Source: Candidatus Woykebacteria bacterium RBG_13_40_15
GTDB lineage: Bacteria; Patescibacteriota; Microgenomatia; Woykebacterales; RBG-16-39-9b
Length of the DNA stretch: 64,000 nt
Assembly: GCA_001816655.1 (NCBI GenBank)
Contig: MHCP01000015.1
Coordinates: forward strand, 6,485 to 70,484
Direction of reading: 5' to 3'
Shown here piece by piece: positions 57,001 to 64,000 of this stretch; position 1 is the first letter of the stretch; every line of letters begins with the position of its first letter. The position numbers and the translations under genes are program-made. Below the pieces are notes generated by a model that was not told where the DNA came from, made no database searches, and worked only from the letters and a program-made list of their open reading frames with translations.

Positions 57001-57930
57001 TTAAATGTTGGATGCGTAGAGGAAAAAGATAACAGAAAAAAACCAAAGAAAAACTGTAAAGAAAAGAGGTTTGTCCGAGATCAAAATTTTTTCAGGAGAT
57101 TCCCCCTCACTTTTTTCAAAAATGAGATACAAATAACGAAAAACCCCGTAGGCTACGATGGGTATAGTTGCCATCAAAAGTTTTGATGAGGAGAGGGTTT
57201 GTGGTAAGACGCTCGCATAAAAGACATTCCCACCAATCTCAGGGGAATTAAAAGTAAATAAGCTATATGTAATCAAAATTGCCGTTGCCATCATAAAAAC
57301 TAACCCGTCTAAAAGCTGCTGGGGGTAAAACAAAAGTGTTTTTCGGTGCTGACCCCCCTGTTGCTTTGTAAGAAGGGTAAATTCGCTTCTTCTTTTGCCC
57401 ACACTAAGAAAAAGAGCGAACATCATAGTTGTTATAATAAGCCAAGATGAAAGAGGTGTAAGGACCACAATAGAGCCAGCAAAAATCCGTAGCATAAAAG
57501 TAAAGGAAATTGCGATAACATCCAAAATAATAATTTCTTTGAGTATAAATGTGTAAAAAAGCTGAATTACCAAGTAGATTGCGATTAGGGGTACAAGATA
57601 TGGAGAAATAAAAGTTGAGGAAATCAGAGCAACTGATGCTAGAAATAATGCAACAATTGCAGCTGTTCTGACAGATAGGTTGCCGGCGGCTATTGGACGA
57701 TCTTTTTTTGAAAAGTGAAGTTTATCCCTGTTCCTATCAGCAATATCATTTATTAGGTACATTGAAGAAGAAGCGGCACAGAAAATTAGAAAGGTATAAA
57801 AAACAGGAGTAAATTTACTTAATATAAAAAGCTCCTTGGAGAAAAGAATCGCTGCAAAAACAACTAAGTTTTTAATCCACTGCCTGGGTCTTAAAGAGAC
57901 AAAGACTTCTAATGTTAAATCTTTAAACAT
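57001..57930 (-). CDS. UbiA family decaprenyl-phosphate phosphoribosyltransferase-like protein
   Basis: RPRQWIKN, YLINDIADRNRD.H..K.DRPIAAG, GKRRSE. Confidence 0.9.
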   Translation of the reverse strand: MFKDLTLEVFVSLRPRQWIKNLVVFAAILFSKELFILSKFTPVFYTFLIFCAASSSMYLINDIADRNRDKLHFSKKDRPIAAGNLSVRTAAIVALFLASVALISSTFISPYLVPLIAIYLVIQLFYTFILKEIIILDVIAISFTFMLRIFAGSIVVLTPLSSWLIITTMMFALFLSVGKRRSEFTLLTKQQGGQHRKTLLFYPQQLLDGLVFMMATAILITYSLFTFNSPEIGGNVFYASVLPQTLSSSKLLMATIPIVAYGVFRYLYLIFEKSEGESPEKILISDKPLFFTVFLWFFSVIFFLYASNI

Positions 57931-59032
57931 GTATTAATTTGCTCTTACGAAGCCGAGCTAGTGTAATTAGAAAAGCTAATATTACTACTGCGCCTAGAAA
58001 AATTGCAAAAAATCTCTCCTGTCGGCTTAGATTTAAGGCCAAAAAAGCAAAAACAATACTTACTAGGTAATAAAAAAGCACCACTTGTCTTTTTGACCAG
58101 CCGAGGGATAAAAGTTGATGGTGAAGATGTTCCTTATCACCCCACACAGGCGAGCGACCGCGCAAGATTCTACGTATGACAGCCCAAATACCGTCAATTA
58201 TGGGAACGATTAGAAGTAGGCCAGTTGTTAGAAGTTTTGCGCCGGATAAAATTGAAAGAGAAGCGATAATCAGACCAGCTAAAGCAGCACCCCCATAACC
58301 AGGCATTATTTTTTGAGGATAAAAACTCCAAAATAAAAAACCAAAATAAGCACCAGCAGCAATAAAAGCGAGTACCGCCGGAGCTAACTGACTACCATCC
58401 ACTCCTAAAAGCCGGCTTGAAGCAAAACCAAGCGCAATTAACCCAATCACTGCGATTCCTGGAAGCTGGCCGTCTACTCCGGAAGACCAATTAAGAGAAT
58501 TCATAACCCAAATAACCCAAATAAAAGCAAAGATGTCAGCGAGCAGTACAATTGAATGAGGGCCGGCGAAAAAACCAAAAGGGAGAAGCTCGGGAAAGTT
58601 AAAGTGATAGATAATATTATCCAACCTAACCTGTCCCCCAAAAGGGTTGGTGAACCAAGTAATACCAACACCAAAACCAACGATTATCCCAGCGGCTAAG
58701 ACATTGGTTAAAAGCCGAAGGTACGGGTTTAAATCGTATTTATCATCCAACACTCCAACGATAACGATTACAAAGGCAGCTAACAAAATCCCAATAATAT
58801 GTTTATCAAGTAGCTTTGGCCCCCAAATTAATGAAAATATTACGTAAGAACTTATAACTGCGAAAAACGTTGCTAGTCCACCAGCACGGGGAATAGGACT
58901 TTTATGCAGAATAGCTGGATGGATTCTCCAAGGAAAGTCCAAAAATTTAAATTTCTTTGCAAACAAAATTATGATCGGTGTAATCACAAAAGAAACCAAG
59001 CCTGCAAATAAAAATAAATCAATGAAAGCCAT
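57923..59032 (-). CDS. MraY/WecA family (GT4) polyprenyl-phosphate GlcNAc-1-P transferase
   Basis: PRAGG, GVLDD, GVDG, DKEHLHHQL. Confidence 0.9.
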   Translation of the reverse strand: MAFIDLFLFAGLVSFVITPIIILFAKKFKFLDFPWRIHPAILHKSPIPRAGGLATFFAVISSYVIFSLIWGPKLLDKHIIGILLAAFVIVIVGVLDDKYDLNPYLRLLTNVLAAGIIVGFGVGITWFTNPFGGQVRLDNIIYHFNFPELLPFGFFAGPHSIVLLADIFAFIWVIWVMNSLNWSSGVDGQLPGIAVIGLIALGFASSRLLGVDGSQLAPAVLAFIAAGAYFGFLFWSFYPQKIMPGYGGAALAGLIIASLSILSGAKLLTTGLLLIVPIIDGIWAVIRRILRGRSPVWGDKEHLHHQLLSLGWSKRQVVLFYYLVSIVFAFLALNLSRQERFFAIFLGAVVILAFLITLARLRKSKLIHV

Positions 59033-59383
59033 TTAAGTAGCAACTAAAATTATTTTAAATAATGTATAAAAAAGAATACCACTGATAATAGGACTGACCC
59101 AAACAAGAATTGAAGAGAGAATTTTCTCCCTCGATCGGAAATAACTAATCATTAGAAAATTAATAATAATTATTGAGATGTTAATTATTGGTAGTAACCA
59201 AATGAAAACAGGACTAGTCAAGCGGGCTTCTCCCCAGTGTCTTGTAAACCAGAGAGGAATAGCCAAAGGAAGTTTATTGTAATATTGGCTGATTAGTAAT
59301 ACAGATAAGAATAAAAACAGGAGACTAAACACCAAACTAATGAAACTACCACTTTTTACTGAATTTCTTAGAGCCGCTTTCAT
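59033..59383 (-). CDS. Small membrane protein (DUF1648-like)
   Basis: LPLAIPLWFTRHWGE followed by TM helices. Confidence 0.6.
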   Translation of the reverse strand: MKAALRNSVKSGSFISLVFSLLFLFLSVLLISQYYNKLPLAIPLWFTRHWGEARLTSPVFIWLLPIINISIIIINFLMISYFRSREKILSSILVWVSPIISGILFYTLFKIILVAT

Positions 59384-59394
59384 GAATTGCTTTT

Positions 59395-60885
59395 CTAATT
59401 TTTAACTATTTTTTCTGTAACTTTATATTCTAGTCTTTTGCCCAGCAACAATCTAGTATGAGCATCCATTCCTGGTAAGGCAGAAAAGAAAAAGCCAGTG
59501 ACGGGTAAAAGGAAGTACTGAAGAATTGACAGCGGTAGTAACCTTTTTTTAAAGCCGCTATTTTGGGGTTTCGCGAGAAAGTCAACGATTATTACGAAAA
59601 TAAAAAATACAGCACAAAAAGTTAAAATAACACTTGAGATTCTTGGCAGGTAAAAACCGACACTGGTGTAGCGGAACGTTGGATTTATAAGTGGGGGTAT
59701 TGCTGCTCCGAGAGTGATTATCCACCAGTTTACCGGCCAAAGTACGTGCTGCTCTGACGCACGTATAAAACGGACAAGAAAATTTACTAAAGGAACTTCT
59801 CTTCGGTGTCTAATAAAATGACTCAACGCATAAGCAACGTCAGTTACTCCCCATGCCCATCGTCTATTTTGAAAATATTGGGCCTTTAGGCTTTCCCAAT
59901 AATTCTGCCCCTCAGCGGCGTCGGCATACAAAGGTAGGAATATTGATTCTAGATCAACGTTACCATTGTTTGCAAAGAAAGCTTTGAAGAATAAGTGCCA
60001 GTCTTCAGGTACTACGTCAACATCCCAAAAGTCGGCTTTTTCTAAGAGCCGCCAACTCAGGGAGTAACTTGAGTAATTAAAATTTGAACCAGGGGTGAGT
60101 AGTTGAGCTATACCATTGATCGAGTAGATTGTATGTACAACTTTGATTGGGAGGGGTACGCGCCAAATGTTATTATAAAAAAGAATTGCTGCCTGCCAAA
60201 ATTTTTGATGGGGAGTATCATTTTTCAAAAATTGATAGGTTAGGACACTAAAATATTTGGGATGAATGGAAACATCCGAATCACAGCTAGTTACTGTAAT
60301 AAAATCTTTGTCATAACCGGCACTCTCAATATATTTTTTGACTTCCCTAGCCGCAAAAGCCAGGTTTGAAGATTTTCCTGCAACTTCGTTTTCTAATAAC
60401 GCGTGCTGGGTAATCCAGAAGTCACTAAAGTTCTTCCCAAAACGCTTTCTTAAGCCCTCGGCTTTCTTTAACGAGGCTTCTTCGCGTTTTTCGGTAGCAA
60501 TACAGACGCTGATTTTTTGAGCAGGAAATTCTTGTTCTGCGAGGAAGGCTAGGGTTCTGGACAAAATTTCTTCAGACTCTTTGTAAGTTGGGATTAAAAC
60601 AATGTGCCGCATCTTTTCCCAAGGTAGCCCCTCATCTTTCAGTTTTTGCAGCCAATTTTTTCTTGCAACTCCTTGTATTTTAATATACCCCCTTAAGGAG
60701 TTAATGCCTAGAAGGGCAGCACGGTAAAAAAAGTAAATGTCGAAGAAAATTATGAAATATGCAAGAGCAAAGGGAGCAAGAAAACTAGCCCAAAATGGAG
60801 ACGTCAAAAGACCCCATGAAATGACTGGTAGAATTATTTCGAAAACCCGCTTAAATATTTTTTCTCGAGCCTCTTTAGTAAACAT
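59395..60885 (-). CDS. Glycosyltransferase family 2, membrane-embedded
   Basis: IPTYKE, GKSSN, DSD, EDW, QNRRW. Confidence 0.9.
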   Translation of the reverse strand: MFTKEAREKIFKRVFEIILPVISWGLLTSPFWASFLAPFALAYFIIFFDIYFFYRAALLGINSLRGYIKIQGVARKNWLQKLKDEGLPWEKMRHIVLIPTYKESEEILSRTLAFLAEQEFPAQKISVCIATEKREEASLKKAEGLRKRFGKNFSDFWITQHALLENEVAGKSSNLAFAAREVKKYIESAGYDKDFITVTSCDSDVSIHPKYFSVLTYQFLKNDTPHQKFWQAAILFYNNIWRVPLPIKVVHTIYSINGIAQLLTPGSNFNYSSYSLSWRLLEKADFWDVDVVPEDWHLFFKAFFANNGNVDLESIFLPLYADAAEGQNYWESLKAQYFQNRRWAWGVTDVAYALSHFIRHRREVPLVNFLVRFIRASEQHVLWPVNWWIITLGAAIPPLINPTFRYTSVGFYLPRISSVILTFCAVFFIFVIIVDFLAKPQNSGFKKRLLPLSILQYFLLPVTGFFFSALPGMDAHTRLLLGKRLEYKVTEKIVKN

Positions 60886-60887
60886 AA

Positions 60888-61685
60888 TTATATTTTAAAT
60901 AAAATTTTCGCGTTTTGAGTTGTAATATTAGTAGCCTCTTCAATGCTCAAGTTTTTAAGTTCTGCGATTTTGGTAGCGACCATTTTAACATAAATTGGTT
61001 CATTTCGCTTGCCTCTGTAAGGTTCTGGAGGTAAATAGGGAGCGTCTGTTTCAATCAAAATTTTACCGTTCGGAACATTTTTTGCTATTTCCCTGATTGT
61101 ATTATTGCCCTTGTAAGTAATATTTCCGCTGAAAGAAATATAAAGACCAAAGTCTAGAAACCTTTTTGCTTGGTTGGCATCTCCGATAAAACAATGCATT
61201 ACACCTCGAATCGTTCCTTTATACTGGCCGATTTCATTGATAAGTTCATCGTAGGCGTCTCGGCAATGAAAAATAATCGGCAAGTTCCTTTCAATTGCAA
61301 GAGTAATCTGTTCGTGGAGCATGCTTGTCTGATCCTTCAACTGTGGTTTTGGATAGTCGTCTAGTTCGTTAGAACGCAAGACGCGAAGTGGCTTATATGT
61401 ATGAAGGTCCAGACCAATTTCTCCCACAGCGACAACTTTTTCTTCGCCGGCCAGTTTTGTTAATGTTTTAGAGTCCCATTGATTAGGATGGTGGGGATGC
61501 ACCCCAATAGAAGCGTAAAAGTTGGGGACTTCTTTAGCTAAAGCAACTGCTCCCTTACTAGAATCAATTGCCGCGCCTACATTTATAACTGCTTCAAGTT
61601 CCTTGGAATTGCGTTTAACAACGGCGTCTCGATCCTTGTTGTAGTCTTTAAACTGCAAATGAGCATGGGTATCTATTAGGTTCAT
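60888..61685 (-). CDS. tatD: TatD family hydrolase
   Basis: DTHAH, GVHPH, GEIGLD, HCRDA, ETDAPY. Confidence 0.95.
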   Translation of the reverse strand: MNLIDTHAHLQFKDYNKDRDAVVKRNSKELEAVINVGAAIDSSKGAVALAKEVPNFYASIGVHPHHPNQWDSKTLTKLAGEEKVVAVGEIGLDLHTYKPLRVLRSNELDDYPKPQLKDQTSMLHEQITLAIERNLPIIFHCRDAYDELINEIGQYKGTIRGVMHCFIGDANQAKRFLDFGLYISFSGNITYKGNNTIREIAKNVPNGKILIETDAPYLPPEPYRGKRNEPIYVKMVATKIAELKNLSIEEATNITTQNAKILFKI

Positions 61686-63121
61686 TTCCTAGGAAAAATA
61701 CCGCCTTTATAAACAATTTTGTTTTGTCTAAATTGGTCAAAAATCATTTCTGACGTCGCCGGTAGGAACGGTTCGATCAGATAAGCAATCTTTTGGATTT
61801 CTATCACCACGTCTTGTAGTAATTTCTTAACCACCTCTTTATCAGATTTCAATTTTTCCCACGGCTTCTCATTTTCTAATAAAGAGTCCAACTCAGAAAT
61901 ACTCTTCCATATAAGATCCAAAACGTCTTTAAAGTAGAATTTTTCAATATATTCTTTGATTCTCTTTTCTCGATCTGTTGAAGGGTTTAGGTAGGGATTT
62001 TGAGGTTCAAAAATTAATATCTCGCCAATTTTTTCACCAAGCTTCGCTACTCTTGCGACTAAATTTCCTAAACCATTAGCTAGATCTGAATTGTAGGCAT
62101 TTTCTAGCTTTTCAATCGAAATATCATTATCGTCTTCAGGACTCGTGTACCTTAAAAGATAGTAACGGACTGCATCAGCCCCATATTTTTTCACAAGTTC
62201 AGTCGGTCGGATTATATTTCCAAGTGATTTACTGATTTTTTGCCCATCCAAAGTTAAAAACCCATGTGCATAAATTGTTGAAGGTAATGGATACTCAGCA
62301 CTTTTTAACATTGCTGGCCAAAGTAGTGCGTGCCAGCGTAGATTATCTTTGCCGATGATGTGAATAATTTTTGTATTTTCGTCCCAAAACCCTTTTTGTT
62401 TCCCAGCCGTCAAATAATTGATCAGAGCGTCAAACCAAACATAAATTACCTGGGTCGAGTCGCCTGGTACTTCGATTCCCCAAGGGACTGCTTCTTTTCT
62501 TCGGGAAATAGTTATATCTTCAATTTTGTCGACAAAAGCCAAAACCTCGTTCCTTCTGCTTTCAGGTAAAACAAAATTAGGATTATTTTTAATGTGCCCC
62601 TTTAAAAAAGGAATGTATTTTTTCCATTCGAAGAAATAATTTTTTTCAGTCACAGGCTCCAACTTAGTTTTAGGATGGATTAGGCAACGCCCGCCTTTTA
62701 TTTCAGAAGCGGTTTTAAAAGCCTCACAATCGCGGCAATACTGCCCCTTAAAATCTCCTAGATATATATCGTTTTTATTTTTAGCAACTCTATTCCAAAA
62801 ATCTAAAACAACTTCTATATGATCAGAATCTGTGGTTCGAATAAATCTATCATACGAAATATTCAAGCTATCCTGCTCTTTTTTGTCAGCGTTTGAAATG
62901 AAATCAACGAATTCTTCAACGTCTTTACCGGCGGCCTTTGCGGCCTCAAGTGCCTTAGCGCCGTTTTCATCTGTGCCGGTTAAGAAATATACATTTTGTT
63001 TGCCGATTGTTTCTCGATAGTAACGCGCAAGGACATCAGCCATGATTTTTTGATACGCATGGCCTATGTGAATTACGTCGTTTACATAATCTATTGCGGT
63101 TGTGATTAAAACTTTGTCCAT
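61682..63121 (-). CDS. metG: Methionine--tRNA ligase (short form)
   Basis: HIGH, YVWFDAL, GKDN, KISKS. Confidence 0.96.
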   Translation of the reverse strand: MDKVLITTAIDYVNDVIHIGHAYQKIMADVLARYYRETIGKQNVYFLTGTDENGAKALEAAKAAGKDVEEFVDFISNADKKEQDSLNISYDRFIRTTDSDHIEVVLDFWNRVAKNKNDIYLGDFKGQYCRDCEAFKTASEIKGGRCLIHPKTKLEPVTEKNYFFEWKKYIPFLKGHIKNNPNFVLPESRRNEVLAFVDKIEDITISRRKEAVPWGIEVPGDSTQVIYVWFDALINYLTAGKQKGFWDENTKIIHIIGKDNLRWHALLWPAMLKSAEYPLPSTIYAHGFLTLDGQKISKSLGNIIRPTELVKKYGADAVRYYLLRYTSPEDDNDISIEKLENAYNSDLANGLGNLVARVAKLGEKIGEILIFEPQNPYLNPSTDREKRIKEYIEKFYFKDVLDLIWKSISELDSLLENEKPWEKLKSDKEVVKKLLQDVVIEIQKIAYLIEPFLPATSEMIFDQFRQNKIVYKGGIFPRK

Positions 63122-63279
63122 AATTGTATTTTATTCCTCTAGAGCACTTAATTAAATTAGCTGCTTTAGCTTAAGCTAATAGGCGTAGCCTAGGATTAAG
63201 CGCAGCATTCGTAAAAGCCAATCTTCGGAGAAGATATTGGCTCTGAGAATGCTATTTTACAGCAAGTGCCCAAGCAAAG

Positions 63280-63672
63280 CTACCGATTTGAGAAGTACAA
63301 TTCGATTAAAATAACTATCCCGATTATTAAAGCCGTGTTTAAGAAATTTAAGAAGCTAAAGACTTTTAAAAACTCGATTGCGATAATCAAAAACGAAAAC
63401 AGAAAAGCTCGTCTCAGGGAGCGAACAAGCCGCCTTTTTGAAGCTATTAACATATCTTGTCCGGGCAATCTCGTTACAAAAACTCCCGATATAAAATAAA
63501 TTGCTAAAGTAATTGTAAATGTTAGACCTGCGAGAGCAGACAATAAAGCATAAGAAACATTGGTTATAACTATGGCCTCTCCAATTTTTGGTGGGGTAAA
63601 GTAAACGATTGAAAAAAAGACCGCCCAAAAAACGACCGCACCGATAGTGATGGGGATTATAAATTTTTTCAT
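63280..63672 (-). CDS. Hypothetical membrane protein
   Basis: Four TM-like segments. Confidence 0.65.
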   Translation of the reverse strand: MKKFIIPITIGAVVFWAVFFSIVYFTPPKIGEAIVITNVSYALLSALAGLTFTITLAIYFISGVFVTRLPGQDMLIASKRRLVRSLRRAFLFSFLIIAIEFLKVFSFLNFLNTALIIGIVILIELYFSNR

Positions 63673-63803
63673 TCTTGGTTTAATTTTAAACCTTGGCCGA
63701 CTTAATTTACAATAAACCTAGAGTTTGCTAAGATAGTTCGGCAAGACTACTATTAAAACTTGGATAAATTTGTTGAAGAGGCGCTCAGAAAAGGAGTCGA
63801 AGG

Positions 63804-64000
63804 ATGGATATAAATACTCTAATAATTATTTTAATCGGCGTTGTAATTGTTGGTTTTGTTTTTCTTTTCAGACAATTTCAACTTTTGCAAAAAGAAAAAG
63901 ATAAAGATAAATCCCAAGAAATTCTCTTAAAGTGGCTTGAGGACATGAGGAGCAGTGTTGATAAAAACACAAGCACTTTGCAAGAGCGGCTCGATGCGGC
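63804..64000 (+). CDS. RmuC-like protein (3' partial)
   Basis: AAGGAG SD, N-terminal TM helix then coiled coil (LQERLDA). Confidence 0.6.
   Translation, partial: MDINTLIIILIGVVIVGFVFLFRQFQLLQKEKDKDKSQEILLKWLEDMRSSVDKNTSTLQERLDA

Overview
Chromosomal origin region of a small-genome, AT-rich bacterium whose gene content and order look like Patescibacteria (CPR), probably Microgenomates-type. That placement is inferred, not searched. Housekeeping backbone: ZIP metal transporters, two tRNA-Ser, comF, tmRNA/smpB, recF-dnaN-dnaA with oriC signals, rpmH-rnpA-yidD-yidC-jag-rnhA, rplY, valS, tsaD, galU, groES/groEL, tRNA-Cys, envelope transferases, tatD, metG and the start of rmuC. Next to oriC is the CPR-type T4SS-like locus: an array of VirB2/TrbC-like pilins, a VirB6-like protein, PrgI, VirB4 and wall hydrolases. 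Several visibly GC-richer islets are interspersed. The strongest signal is a compact stand-alone retron-like unit at 46227-47464. It comprises a promoter, a ~126-nt ncRNA with a perfect a1/a2 repeat and a TA-G branch site, and a reverse transcriptase with YADN instead of YADD and LPG instead of VTG, with no co-transcribed effector. Other notable items: a two-tier attenuator/RBS-switch leader before a 952-aa orphan, large structured RNAs around orphan genes at tRNA-Cys, a four-helix-bundle cassette flanked by inverted heptamer repeats, an ASCH-like insertion in ValS, and tRNA-linked palindromes with an inverted core. All calls come from reading motifs by eye; no database search or folding program was run.
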